A stretch of 64,000 nucleotides of DNA from a virus. This document shows, in pieces, positions 45,164 through 54,610 of the stretch (positions are counted from its first letter, which is position 1; every line of letters begins with the position of its first letter). The stretch is taken from the IMG/VR virus record IMGVR_UViG_3300031911_000004, positions 541-64,540 of that record, one strand, 5' to 3'. The notes beneath the pieces are model-generated. The model did not search any database and was not told where the DNA came from. It saw only the letters and a list, made by a program, of their open reading frames with translations. A program made the position numbers and the translations under genes.

Positions 45164-46015
45164 TTATGGGGCTGGTTTGAGGGTTTCGTAAAAAGCTTCT
45201 ACCGTGCCACGGTCAACATTAGAGGGAGGTCCATCGTAGACGAAAAATGCCACTGTCTCAAGAGATCCGAAAAATGTCAGCCCCATCTGGAAAAGTCCCT
45301 TATCTCCCACGTTTGCAGAAAATGCTGACTGCACAGTCAAAACCATCCATTCATCAATCGGGGCACAGTCGAATGGACTAACAAGGTCAACTCCATCGCG
45401 TCTCATTGAGTTTGGCGGAACTGCCGCCCAGTTGGTTTGCCCTTGCTCAACTACGCCCCAATTACCTGGGCCACCGTTAGCCCTGTCGTAAAGGGAGAAA
45501 TATGAGTTCCAGGTTGGACTTTTACTGTGGAGTAGGCAGGTATAATATATCGTAGTGGATGAAGGGTCTTGCGTGAGATACCAGTCATCCACACCATCCA
45601 GATCAATGTAAGGCGTGCCATCTGCCGCCAGAAACAGTGTTCCCTTTTTTTCTTCATCACCTTGCTCAGGCACCAGTTCAGCGTCTTCCGAACCCATCGT
45701 AGCAACCTGATCTCCTTCGCCTGTGACTGGCGTCGTCCGCGCCACATCCTGCCACATCGGCCTTAATGCCACCTTATCCCACGTGGTCTCGAACCGGAGC
45801 CTGTAGGCAATCCCGTCGAGCGGATCGACTTCGCCCGATCCTCCGGGTCCAGAGGAACCAGCGCCAGTGAGGAGCATTGAGGTGGACATACGCGGGTATT
45901 GTAGCCGGACCACCGTTTTTGTCACGCGGAAAGAGAAACGCCCCTGGGTCGAGCGCGTGGCCGTTTTCGAGACGGCATGTGTGAATGAGCGGCCCACCGC
46001 TACCTTTGCTGACAT
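45164..46015 (-). CDS. Putative receptor-binding / ConA-like fibre protein
   Basis: WQDVARTTPVTGEGDQVA, YIDLDGVDDWY and C-terminal VEAFYE pattern of phage LamG-like domains; alternative start at 45889. Confidence 0.6.
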   Translation of the reverse strand: MSAKVAVGRSFTHAVSKTATRSTQGRFSFRVTKTVVRLQYPRMSTSMLLTGAGSSGPGGSGEVDPLDGIAYRLRFETTWDKVALRPMWQDVARTTPVTGEGDQVATMGSEDAELVPEQGDEEKKGTLFLAADGTPYIDLDGVDDWYLTQDPSSTTIYYTCLLHSKSPTWNSYFSLYDRANGGPGNWGVVEQGQTNWAAVPPNSMRRDGVDLVSPFDCAPIDEWMVLTVQSAFSANVGDKGLFQMGLTFFGSLETVAFFVYDGPPSNVDRGTVEAFYETLKPAP

Positions 46016-46115
46016 GCACTCGCCCAGAGGTCGGAGGCGTGGCGGCTGGGACTATCAGCACCACGGCCTCATCTGGAGTCTTGCGGGGGATGGGTTGTGA
46101 GTCAACCTGAAACAG

Positions 46116-46152
46116 AAAACCCCTGACAGCAGGGAAGCCATCAGGGGTTTCT
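46116..46152. terminator. Intrinsic terminator-like hairpin
   Basis: AAACCCCTGA...TCAGGGGTTT with A/T tails on both sides. Confidence 0.6.
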
Positions 46153-46219
46153 TGTATGAGAGGACCGAGGATCGGAACAGAAGCGGTTGCAGGTTATCGC
46201 GGGGAGGTTTGGGCGTCAA

Positions 46220-46729
46220 CTATTTTCCAAGGCTGGCCAGGATGCCGTCGAGCTTCTTGACGGACTCCGGGTCGGTCAGCAGCTTCTGAACGCGCTCGGT
46301 TGTAGTCTCTGTTCCCATAGCGAACAGGATCTCCTGTTTCGTGCGCTTGGGGTCGAAGCTTGTGATCCCGGCGCGGACCTTCTTGTATGCCTCGTTTGCC
46401 TTTCGGATTTCTGGAGTTGCGACGCCATCCCAGTTAACGCACATGTTTTGACCTCCCCAGAGGTTGACTCGGAGATTGGCATCCGGGTTGGCGATTGCCG
46501 CCCTGAACTCCTTGAGCACCAATTGGGTGACGCCAGCCCATAGCGCATCCGCTTGCTGGGTCTTGGCCTTCATCTCCTCGGCGTGCTGGACTCGTGCCCG
46601 TTCCACCAGCGCAGCCACGATCTCGGATTTGCGCGGAGGTGGCTGCATGACAGCGATGACGGGTTGGTTGCCCGCAACGGTGAGTGCGGATGTCTTGGTT
46701 TTTGGTTTTGTCTTGGTCTGCGTTTTCAT
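46220..46729 (-). CDS. Hypothetical protein
   Basis: 169-aa helical ORF. Confidence 0.6.
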   Translation of the reverse strand: MKTQTKTKPKTKTSALTVAGNQPVIAVMQPPPRKSEIVAALVERARVQHAEEMKAKTQQADALWAGVTQLVLKEFRAAIANPDANLRVNLWGGQNMCVNWDGVATPEIRKANEAYKKVRAGITSFDPKRTKQEILFAMGTETTTERVQKLLTDPESVKKLDGILASLGK

Positions 46730-46765
46730 ACTTTTGATGTCTGCTTTTTCGGGGTGATTGGTGCG

Positions 46766-47416
46766 TCAAGCTTCTTTCTCGCAGGGTTGCCATGTCTTTC
46801 CGTAATCAGCAGAGAATTGGTATTCATCTTGTAAACCTTGGAAGGATATTCTCTTGAATTTTTGGTCTCTGATGTCGCAGCAAACGATCTCATCCAGTTG
46901 GCATGCAACAACGGTGAAGAACCAACCAGGATTCTCGCATTTCTTGTGCTGAAACCGCATATTTTCCCGAAGGTCCTCCGGTCCAAGCGGCACCATCACC
47001 TTCTTCTTGGGAGATGAGTGGAATGGATGTGAAACAGGCACCCTGTACATACAGGTCGATGGGGTCAGTCCTGCATGATGGACTGATGCCCAATCTTGTT
47101 TGTCTTTGCTCCAAATTTCCACCCCGGTTGTCCAGCTTGGTACGTCTTCGCCTTTCGCGAGAGGACGGAACCCCTCGCCAAATTGCTCAGGCGTCCACCC
47201 TTCTGGGTTGTGATAGCCGTCAAACCTCTCTGGCAGCGGCGGGAACTCCAGGGGCTTGATGCGGTAGTCCACATCAGGCCAGTTCCATGCCAATGTGGAA
47301 ACATCCATCCAGTTACCTTTGGAGCCACGTGTCCGGCATTGAATGGCCTTTCCCTCCTTGGAGGCGGTCATCACGGCAATTTTGCCCTGGGTGGTTGATG
47401 TGTCGATTTCGCTCAC
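46766..47416 (-). CDS. Hypothetical phage protein
   Basis: GKAIQ...WNW..DYRIKP N-terminal motif; DGKTW-like C-terminus. Confidence 0.65.
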   Translation of the reverse strand: MSEIDTSTTQGKIAVMTASKEGKAIQCRTRGSKGNWMDVSTLAWNWPDVDYRIKPLEFPPLPERFDGYHNPEGWTPEQFGEGFRPLAKGEDVPSWTTGVEIWSKDKQDWASVHHAGLTPSTCMYRVPVSHPFHSSPKKKVMVPLGPEDLRENMRFQHKKCENPGWFFTVVACQLDEIVCCDIRDQKFKRISFQGLQDEYQFSADYGKTWQPCEKEA

Positions 47417-47674
47417 GGTCTTGTTCCTTTCGTGTTGGTGTTGAGTGTCTCCAGAAACGCCATCCAGCGGCGTTTCTCGGCTTGTGCGGGTGTCTCGGGG
47501 CGTGGATGGGCGTCAGGCCGCGCTACGGGCGGTTTCTGGGGCATCCAGGGGGCAAAGGCGGGACTCATCTGGTCTGGTGTTGCAGTGTTCTGGGTTCAGC
47601 GCGTTCAACGAGCCAGAGGACTGACGCGATTCCGAGCGCGATGGAGACGGCGAGGATGATGGGGTTGAGGCGAG

Positions 47675-48037
47675 TCATTCTCCCTCCCTCCAGAGGTCTA
47701 GAGTTTGTCCGAACGTCTCAGCGTGCTGTTCGGCAGTAGCGTCAACCATCTGGAAAATAGCCCCAGTTTCTGGCACATACCAGAACCCTTTCTTGCCGCA
47801 GATCACCTCACGCAGGACGACCTCATAGTCACCCTTTTGACGCTCCGTCAGATGAGAGCGCATTACACGGCAGTCGTTGAGATCCTTGAAGTAGTCTGGC
47901 ACCATATCCCAAGCAAGGAACTCCGTGCCGTCGATCTTGTGATGACCCATGAGAGCGCCATCCTCGTAGTCAGGTGGATCGGCAATTACCCACCCGCACG
48001 CCTCAGCGATCTTGATTCGTTTTTGCCCTTGCGTCAT
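47675..48037 (-). CDS. Hypothetical phage protein, paralog of 60526-60864
   Basis: KRIKIAEACGW...VPDYFKDLN...LWREGE. Confidence 0.7.
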   Translation of the reverse strand: MTQGQKRIKIAEACGWVIADPPDYEDGALMGHHKIDGTEFLAWDMVPDYFKDLNDCRVMRSHLTERQKGDYEVVLREVICGKKGFWYVPETGAIFQMVDATAEQHAETFGQTLDLWREGE

Positions 48038-48047
48038 ACGATTGATT

Positions 48048-48074
48048 CTGCGTTTTAGCTATGCGCAGCCCAGC
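48048..48074 (-). promoter_or_regulatory. Putative mini-pseudoknot leader element, copy C
   Basis: - strand GCT-GGG-CTGCG-CAT-AGC-TAAAA-CGCAG; same topology as copies A and B. Confidence 0.4.
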
Positions 48075-48088
48075 GGTTGGGTTGGGGT

Positions 48089-48307
48089 TCAGGAAGGAAT
48101 ATGCGTGAACGTGCTCATGCTCTCCCTGATGGTGATCTCATCGCCAGTCTCCTTCTCGTTGTAGGCCATGAGCGCCCCAGCTTTGCCGGACGAGATCACG
48201 CCGGAGATCCATTCCCCATCCACGCTGTCAACGCGCATGGCGAACTGACCTTTGCGGGTGTGGCGCACATGGTATTCCTGCCCGATGATGAGTTGGTTTG
48301 CTGTCAT
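48089..48307 (-). CDS. Small phage protein
   Basis: YHVRHTRKGQF motif. Confidence 0.6.
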   Translation of the reverse strand: MTANQLIIGQEYHVRHTRKGQFAMRVDSVDGEWISGVISSGKAGALMAYNEKETGDEITIRESMSTFTHIPS

Positions 48308-48339
48308 ACTGGTTTGCTCTTTTGTGTTCTGATGATGCT

Positions 48340-48885
48340 TTAGTCCGCGGCCCGAACGGCGGAGGCGTTGGCGGCGATCATGTGGGCGTGAACCACCCGC
48401 CAGTCGTAGCCGACAATCTCGTCCTCGGTGAAAGTCCCGTCGCCAGCGTAGTCAGACATACCCTTCTGCTCGTTGATGGCGGCGGCGTACTTGCGGAGGA
48501 GTCCAGCGATCTCCGAGGATTCGTCGGCGTTGAACTCAGGGAACGTCCGGCTCATTCTGTACCGCTTCACATCGGAGATGTAGCAGTCCATAAGATCCCG
48601 CTCGTCATCGGTCAGCAGGCGCTCGCCCTTCTCCGTGTGGTGAACGCGGTCAGCGTCCAGCAGCTTGGTAAACGGGTAAAACACCTGTTTTTCGAGGCAG
48701 TCCAGCGCCTCCGCGAGATGCCAGTTGCGGGAGATGTCGGCCATCCGCTTGGCCTCCGCTTCGACGATCAACGCGGTTCCGAGGCTGGCACGCGCTTCGT
48801 TGTACTTGATGGACGGCACAAGGAACCCTGGCAGCTTGTGGCTCTCGGGTGCCGTGATGATCATTTGCTCGGTTGTGGTGCTCAT
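48340..48885 (-). CDS. Hypothetical protein with its own promoter
   Basis: TTGACG-N16-TATGAT-N8-ATG upstream. Confidence 0.65.
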   Translation of the reverse strand: MSTTTEQMIITAPESHKLPGFLVPSIKYNEARASLGTALIVEAEAKRMADISRNWHLAEALDCLEKQVFYPFTKLLDADRVHHTEKGERLLTDDERDLMDCYISDVKRYRMSRTFPEFNADESSEIAGLLRKYAAAINEQKGMSDYAGDGTFTEDEIVGYDWRVVHAHMIAANASAVRAAD

Positions 48886-48921
48886 ACGCTCCAATCATAG
48901 CCGCTTACGCATTCACGTCAA
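48886..48921 (-). promoter_or_regulatory. Sigma70-like promoter
   Basis: TTGACG-N16-TATGAT; near-duplicate at 62738-62773. Confidence 0.75.
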
Positions 48922-48927
48922 TACACT

Positions 48928-49518
48928 TTATGCAATCTTTTCGCATACGGGAGGCGAAAGCTTGGAAATCGCGTGCTCGAGCTTCTGCTTCAGTTTGTCT
49001 CCGCTGAGTTTCAGACCAGACGGGTTTATCTTGTTTTGGTTGATCCCAAAGCGTGCCACAAGCTCGTGATGCCGGATGCCCCGCTCTTTCGCCAATTCAA
49101 GCAGCCGCCCGTAGAGCGTCTCAAGTTCTCCCGGCTTGCATCGCTTCTGCATTTGCGGCGGGAGACCGTTGGGGAACCTCTCGCTCGTGGTCAGCACCTG
49201 CGGCGGTTGCGGCTCCTTTGGAGTCTTCTCCACCTTCTCTCGCCGTTTGAATGTACGGCACCGCTGTACATTGTTCGCCAGCCTCGGGGCGCTCTTTCCC
49301 GCTCCAGCGCCAGGACAGGCAATCGGCTCGTCGTTGCTGTGGTCTTCTTCTGCGGCCTCCTCTTGGATGTCCGTGAGTTGGACAAGGCCACGGCGGAACA
49401 GCGCGAAGTTGAGCTTGCGGTTCTCAACATCGCTCCCCGGCATGTGCCACCAGCGGTACGTGTGTCCGTTTCGGGCTTTGAATGGGAGTTGCCAGACGGG
49501 ATATTCTGCGGTGGTCAT
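48928..49518 (-). CDS. Hypothetical protein, possible C-terminal HTH
   Basis: 196 aa; KERGIRHHELVARFGINQ. Confidence 0.55.
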   Translation of the reverse strand: MTTAEYPVWQLPFKARNGHTYRWWHMPGSDVENRKLNFALFRRGLVQLTDIQEEAAEEDHSNDEPIACPGAGAGKSAPRLANNVQRCRTFKRREKVEKTPKEPQPPQVLTTSERFPNGLPPQMQKRCKPGELETLYGRLLELAKERGIRHHELVARFGINQNKINPSGLKLSGDKLKQKLEHAISKLSPPVCEKIA

Positions 49519-50531
49519 ACTTGCTTGGTTGTTCTGTCGAGTTCTTCGATGGCGCGTTTCAGGTAAATGGCTTTCTTTACTGAAGTTGATAACGCAGCTT
49601 TATGCTCATCACTGAATTTTTTACCCTTGCGCGCTTCGCTCATCTTTCTTCTTGTCTCTTTTGAAACCAGTTTCCCAGCTTGGGACATCCGCCTTCTTTG
49701 AGATACAATGGGTGAAAATATGGACATTATTTTGGGAGGATGTCCCATTTCTGAAACCAGATGCCGTGGACTTACCCTGTTTCTGATATTGCATATACTT
49801 TGCGCCGACAGGTTGAATACTGCTCCTATGTCTCTGTATGTCCTGCCTTCAAGGATCATCCTGTCTATAGCCCTTACGTCTTCAATGGTTACCTTCGTCA
49901 ATGACTGAGAGATATTCATCTTTGCTTGCATGCTCCTTTTCTTGCCAGTGTGCCACAAGGCCGTTTGATTTGTGGCTTTTTCGCTCCGCTTAACGCCAGT
50001 CCTTTTCAAGGCACCAGACAATCTGGATTCTATTGATTGCTTTTTAGAAGCTATTGATAGAAGAGCCTTAGTTTTCTGTGAAGTCACCCTCCCTCTACTC
50101 GCCTCCCCTATCTTTGCCTTTGTTGATTCGGAAACATCTTTTGATCCAGTAGCATCCTTTGTCATATTCAGACCGGACTTATAGGATTGCAGTTCTGTTA
50201 TCCAGAACGTTTCTCGCTCCTGCAAATTTCCATCCAAGTTATATTCTATAACCCCAACAAGAAGTTTATCGAAACCTCTCTTTTTGAAAATGTAAGTCAG
50301 TTTTGCATTGGGATGCCGCCCTTTCCTCAATGCGCATCTGTGTTCTCTCATTCTCCTACTGAGATCCAATGTTGACCCAACGTAAAGTCTGCCAGAACAT
50401 GCACATCTCAGTGCATAGACGCATGCGCGCCTATGCACTGATGGATCAAGGTTTGCCATCGGCATCCAGACCACTGCATGCAATCTCATCTCGGCATTTT
50501 TTACACAGCCCTGTCTCTTTTTCGACATCAT
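49515..50531 (-). mobile_element. GIY-YIG homing endonuclease with NUMOD3-type repeats
   Basis: CVYAL...LYVGS...RMREH, ERETFWI, repeats such as SKETRRKMSEARKGKKFSDEHK; markedly AT-rich; true start uncertain. Confidence 0.85.
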
Positions 50532-50724
50532 CCATCAATCTCCTTAGATATATAGCTGCGTCAAGCAGTTCTTCATACAGGGAGCGTTGCCAAAATTGTT
50601 TGGGTTGACTATTAAGTTCAACAGTGGTCCCGTACTTCTGCAAGCCAAAAACCTGCCGCGACGCGATGTCGCGGCAGACCCTGGCCTCTGTTCCAGTCGG
50701 CGTCGGGTCAGTACCGTTTTCCAT
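50446..50724 (-). CDS. Small all-alpha phage protein (MazG-superfamily-like), probable homing target
   Basis: GLQKYGTT...LYEELLDAAIYL. Confidence 0.65.
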   Translation of the reverse strand: MENGTDPTPTGTEARVCRDIASRQVFGLQKYGTTVELNSQPKQFWQRSLYEELLDAAIYLRRLMDDVEKETGLCKKCRDEIACSGLDADGKP

Positions 50725-51079
50725 GGAGATGTGGGCGAGTCGTGTTGTAGGCATGCTTCACCTGAATGGCTTCAAGGATGTCAATGCCTAGGCGACGGCA
50801 TTGATCAAATGCACGGATCACCACATCTGCATACTCTTCCTCGGCACACGTCAGAGGCTTCAGGCCGAGGGCTGTCATCTTGTCAGCCTTGTCGCAAGGT
50901 TCATTGAACTTGCCGTTGCGGTGAGCACTAAAAAGCTCGGTCACTTCCTCATGTAGCAGGTTGGTGTGTTTGATGATGAAGTGGTCAACACTTTCACTTG
51001 GATCGTGGAATCCTTTGTTTTTGGCGTTCTCATGAACCGCGTCAGCGATTTCGTCGATGGTATTGAATGGTAGTTTCAT
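50708..51079 (-). CDS. MazG-like nucleotide pyrophosphohydrolase
   Basis: LLHEEVTE...EEEYADVVIRAFD...KHAYNTTRP...GK. Confidence 0.8.
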   Translation of the reverse strand: MKLPFNTIDEIADAVHENAKNKGFHDPSESVDHFIIKHTNLLHEEVTELFSAHRNGKFNEPCDKADKMTALGLKPLTCAEEEYADVVIRAFDQCRRLGIDILEAIQVKHAYNTTRPHLHGKRY

Positions 51080-51136
51080 AATTCTATTGTTGTTTCCCTG
51101 CACGTCACACCCGCGCAAGCGAAAAGATTGCTTATT

Positions 51137-51505
51137 TCAAGAACAAGATTCACAAGCCCCGTCCAGCGCACAAGACGCCTGTGGGGCAGGCAGAGGCTCG
51201 TTGAGGTCGTCATCTTGGATAGGCAGTTCGACACACTCCCCGATGGCGTCACCTCCCGGCGTTGGGAATGTTGATCCACCGGGCCACTTCCACCCATTCT
51301 CCACTTTAACCCAGTGCCCACCCATGAATGCATGCGCCTTTGTGCCGAGTGGGTAGTCTCTCCACGGTCGGTCACATTTGATCTTCTTCGGAATCTTCGC
51401 CCTGACCGCCTGCGCGACCTGGGTCAACCCCTCCTGTTCGAGCCTCTCGGCCATTTCGCGTAATTCCTCGGCGCTGCGTCTTGGTGCTGGTGGTGGTGTA
51501 TTCAT
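51137..51505 (-). CDS. Hypothetical protein
   Basis: ORF with C-terminal CALDGACESCS. Confidence 0.5.
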   Translation of the reverse strand: MNTPPPAPRRSAEELREMAERLEQEGLTQVAQAVRAKIPKKIKCDRPWRDYPLGTKAHAFMGGHWVKVENGWKWPGGSTFPTPGGDAIGECVELPIQDDDLNEPLPAPQASCALDGACESCS

Positions 51506-51702
51506 GACAGGTTCTCCCATGTTTGAAGGTTGTGGTCTTCGGCTCCACCGCAGGCAACATGAGGTCCGTCATGGCCAGCGGGCAGTGTGCATTCCATCTG
51601 CCATCCTGCTCCTGGGTGTTTTGACCCGCATTGCTGTTCATCTGGGAGTCGGCATGCTGTTCCATCGCATGCCCCGGTTGAGTGATATTGTGGTGTGTTC
51701 AT
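51502..51702 (-). CDS. Small Cys/His zinc-binding protein
   Basis: C...CTLPAGHDGPH motif. Confidence 0.55.
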   Translation of the reverse strand: MNTPQYHSTGACDGTACRLPDEQQCGSKHPGAGWQMECTLPAGHDGPHVACGGAEDHNLQTWENLS

Positions 51703-52406
51703 GCGAATGTAAGTTGATTCTTGTCTTTTACTGCTTTGCACACATGCGGCCACATCTCGTGATCGACACGTCCAAAATTCACCTTTGATCTTGCCCATCG
51801 CTCGACTCCTCTTGTCTGAACGGAGTTTCCCCGGTTCCAGCCAGTGCCGTCGCAGGATTCAACGCCGAGCGATTCAAGGTAGTACAGTTTCTCGGGTGAG
51901 TTGCATCTCAGAACATTAACTCTCTTAAACTCCTTGGCCCACATTTCAACAGTCCCCCACTTGAACTCGTCCGTCCCGCCAATAGTTATGACCTGTGGTT
52001 GGATTTTTAATTTCTTCACATCATCAACTGTCATGCCGTCTTGAGTGGCGATGGCCAATGGGAATCCGCTGTGTTTTACAATAGGCGCAAACTCGTCCCA
52101 CCTTTCAAGTGTAGCTGGTGAATTTCCAGGGATGTCAGGAACAATCGCCCACAATGGAGGCTGTGGTGCGCTCTGTGCCCAAAACAGCATGTGCCTCCAC
52201 TTCGACTCAACCGTCTCCCATTTCTCATAATTGAAGGTGTTTGTTGCCATGTCCCAGCACTTAAACGCGCCGTTGTCCATAGCATAAGGGAACCAAGGCC
52301 ACGGTCCACGCTGATCACCCGGAGAAAACAAATGCCCTATCCTCCTAGTCTCACGAGCAAGAGAGTGCCAGAACCATCCAGTTGAATTGGCTGGCATAAC
52401 AATCAT
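51699..52406 (-). CDS. TGT/DpdA-like TIM-barrel protein (putative DNA base transglycosylase)
   Basis: MDNGAF, IVPDI, ATQDG, TIGGT, VESCDGTGW motifs; start MIVMPANS at 52406. Confidence 0.55.
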   Translation of the reverse strand: MIVMPANSTGWFWHSLARETRRIGHLFSPGDQRGPWPWFPYAMDNGAFKCWDMATNTFNYEKWETVESKWRHMLFWAQSAPQPPLWAIVPDIPGNSPATLERWDEFAPIVKHSGFPLAIATQDGMTVDDVKKLKIQPQVITIGGTDEFKWGTVEMWAKEFKRVNVLRCNSPEKLYYLESLGVESCDGTGWNRGNSVQTRGVERWARSKVNFGRVDHEMWPHVCKAVKDKNQLTFA

Positions 52407-52434
52407 ACGGTTTCCTCTTTCCAAACGTAAGTGT

Positions 52435-53745
52435 TCATGGTGCTGGTTTCGGATGGTTGTTGGTTTCTCTGAAGATGTAGGTCGGCCCGTGGAACTCAAA
52501 GGGGATGACGGTCCCGCGTGGACCACCGCGGATCTTGGAAAACAGCAGGTTGCGAACATCCTCCAACCGTTCTCCCGTGTCTTCATCTTCTGGAGCCTGT
52601 AGAACGCCCACAACATCAGAGTCCATGCCTACCGCTCTAGATTCGCGAAGTTTCCCGTCATCATTCAACTGTGAAAGGTTGATGATCGTGACCTTGAGCA
52701 ACTTGGCATCCGCCTTCATGGCTGCGCTAATCTCCGCAACCTCACGCTCCCGGTTATGGCCTTTCTTGTCCGGGCTGACGAGCTGCAGGTAGTCCAGCGC
52801 GAAAACCCGTGTTTTCCTACGACGGACCTGCGCCCGCATGTTGGCCCGCAACGCCGACAGCTTGATGCCGGACACGTCTTCGATGTGAATTGGCCATTGC
52901 TTCAACTCCACGGCTGCCTCCATCGCTCGCTTCATCGTTGCCCGGTCTGGCAATCCGTAAAGGTACTCGTGGCCGGGAATAGCGCTCTGAATGCAGAAGA
53001 AGCGGTCGGTATTCTCGTCTGCCGTCATCTCAAGCGTGTAGATGCAGGTCGATACTCTGGCGCATCCCAGCGCCCTAATGATGTTTTGCATGAACGCAGA
53101 CTTCCCGTCGCTGGTGCCCCCGCCGAACGTCCACACCTGCCCCTCACGCATCCCGCCCGTGGCTGCATCCACGCGACGAAATCCGGTTGAGATGCCAGGG
53201 AGCGCCCCGCCGCTCAACATCGCGGACTCGTACCGGGTCAACGCATCCTCCACAAGCTCGCGGAAAGACTTGGCGCGGCTGTCGGTTCGCTCATCGCGCA
53301 ACTGGATAACCTGTTGCTCGAACTGGTCCAGGATGGCGTTCGCGTCTTCCGACGGCACATGACTGTAAACGGCGTCCATGGTGGCATTGCATACCTCCAA
53401 TATGTTCCGCAGCATCAGGAGGTCTCGGAGAACCTTCTTGCTGTACTGATACAGGTCTGACTGCATGAGGCTGTGAGCGATCTCTGCGAACTCACCAGGG
53501 CCTCCGATGGCGTCCAGTGAGCCGTCCTGCATCATCCACGCCAGCACTGACCGTGCCTCAATCGGTTTCCCGGCGGTGTGCATGGTGCAAAGTACGTCGT
53601 AGAACCTTCGGTTTGCCGCATGGTAAAACGCCTCGGGCGGCATCGTGGCCATGAAGTCAGGCAGGTACTGCTCGGGGTTGGTGAAGAAGCACGAGAGGAT
53701 TGTCCTCTCGGTCTCTGAGTTGAACGGTGTGTTGCGGTCGGTCAT
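52435..53745 (-). CDS. dnaB: Replicative DNA helicase
   Basis: GISTGF, Walker A GTSDGKS, LEM, LDYLQLV, LSQLN, RESRAVGMDSD. Confidence 0.92.
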   Translation of the reverse strand: MTDRNTPFNSETERTILSCFFTNPEQYLPDFMATMPPEAFYHAANRRFYDVLCTMHTAGKPIEARSVLAWMMQDGSLDAIGGPGEFAEIAHSLMQSDLYQYSKKVLRDLLMLRNILEVCNATMDAVYSHVPSEDANAILDQFEQQVIQLRDERTDSRAKSFRELVEDALTRYESAMLSGGALPGISTGFRRVDAATGGMREGQVWTFGGGTSDGKSAFMQNIIRALGCARVSTCIYTLEMTADENTDRFFCIQSAIPGHEYLYGLPDRATMKRAMEAAVELKQWPIHIEDVSGIKLSALRANMRAQVRRRKTRVFALDYLQLVSPDKKGHNREREVAEISAAMKADAKLLKVTIINLSQLNDDGKLRESRAVGMDSDVVGVLQAPEDEDTGERLEDVRNLLFSKIRGGPRGTVIPFEFHGPTYIFRETNNHPKPAP

Positions 53746-53751
53746 GACTGG

Positions 53752-54573
53752 TTAGAATCCGGTTGGAAGCTTGGCTTTAGGCTTTGGCATCTGTTGACTT
53801 GAACGCGACCATCGAGCCTCAAAAAGATCAGGCGCTCGCCACTGTTCTGCCTCGAAGAACTTCGCGGCACTCGGGACAAAACGGTTTTTCGTCCCGCCGG
53901 GAGCCTTCCGAATCAGCGTGGCACACTCCCGCACGGCCTCGTAAATTTTCTCTGGGTCATCACCATTCAGCATACAGGCGCTGATTGCATTCCTTGATGC
54001 AAGTGGGGAGTCTTGGTGTGGGTAAGCGGCAACGATCCTCTCGACCCATTCCGCATCCTCGCGCGCTCTCTCTCTCTCTGTATTTAATGAAGGGGTGGGT
54101 GGTGGGTGGTGGGTGGTGGGTGGTGGCAAGGCTTGAGCAACTTGCTCCCCACCTTGCTCAAGCCTTGCTGCGTTCTTGCTCAAGTCTTGCTCAGCAAGCT
54201 TTCCAGCATCCATAAGTAGTTCACGTTCATCAGAAGTCAGACTTTCTACGCCGTACCTCTTCATGTGGGAAATCGCAGCGCCCACCTTTCGCGTCTTGAT
54301 GCGGTCGCGTTGCGCAACGCGCTCCTTCTCAAGCCTTGCGTTCCACCTCTTGCCTTCCGACTCAGGGAATTTCGCGAGCAATTTTTCAGTGACACCACGG
54401 CCTCCAAGCCTCTTGAGGGTGGCTACATCAGACGGGAGTCCGTTCATGATCCACTGGTGGCAGAGTAGCCGAAGGTAACTCAACTGTTCCGCGTCGCTGA
54501 GGTCCATTGTGCCAGCCAACCACCGTTCAGGGTAGAAGTCGAATGCGGGAGCGTGTTTGATAGCGACACTCAT
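53752..54573 (-). CDS. Replication initiator (DUF1376/YdaU-like N-terminus)
   Basis: PAFDFYPERWLAGTMDLSDAE..YLRLLCHQW; C-terminal FVPSAAKFF...W; upstream of dnaB; start uncertain. Confidence 0.8.
   Translation of the reverse strand: MSVAIKHAPAFDFYPERWLAGTMDLSDAEQLSYLRLLCHQWIMNGLPSDVATLKRLGGRGVTEKLLAKFPESEGKRWNARLEKERVAQRDRIKTRKVGAAISHMKRYGVESLTSDERELLMDAGKLAEQDLSKNAARLEQGGEQVAQALPPPTTHHPPPTPSLNTERERAREDAEWVERIVAAYPHQDSPLASRNAISACMLNGDDPEKIYEAVRECATLIRKAPGGTKNRFVPSAAKFFEAEQWRAPDLFEARWSRSSQQMPKPKAKLPTGF
54061..54200. repeat. Iteron-like repeat cluster, candidate replication origin
   Basis: (CT)n run, AT patch, tandem GGTGGGT heptamers, and about six CTTGCT(C) repeats in both orientations inside the initiator gene. 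Confidence 0.6.
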
Positions 54574-54610
54574 GGGAGTTGTGTTGACTGGTAGGTCTTC
54601 ATTTGAGGTG

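Noticed and set aside
49515-50531. Group I intron around the GIY-YIG gene
   Set aside because: No P/Q/R/S core elements recognised and the ORFs fill the AT-rich tract; a free-standing cassette fits better
54092-54200. Possible CRISPR array
   Set aside because: Repeats are 7-10 bp without unique spacers and lie inside a CDS; no cas genes seen
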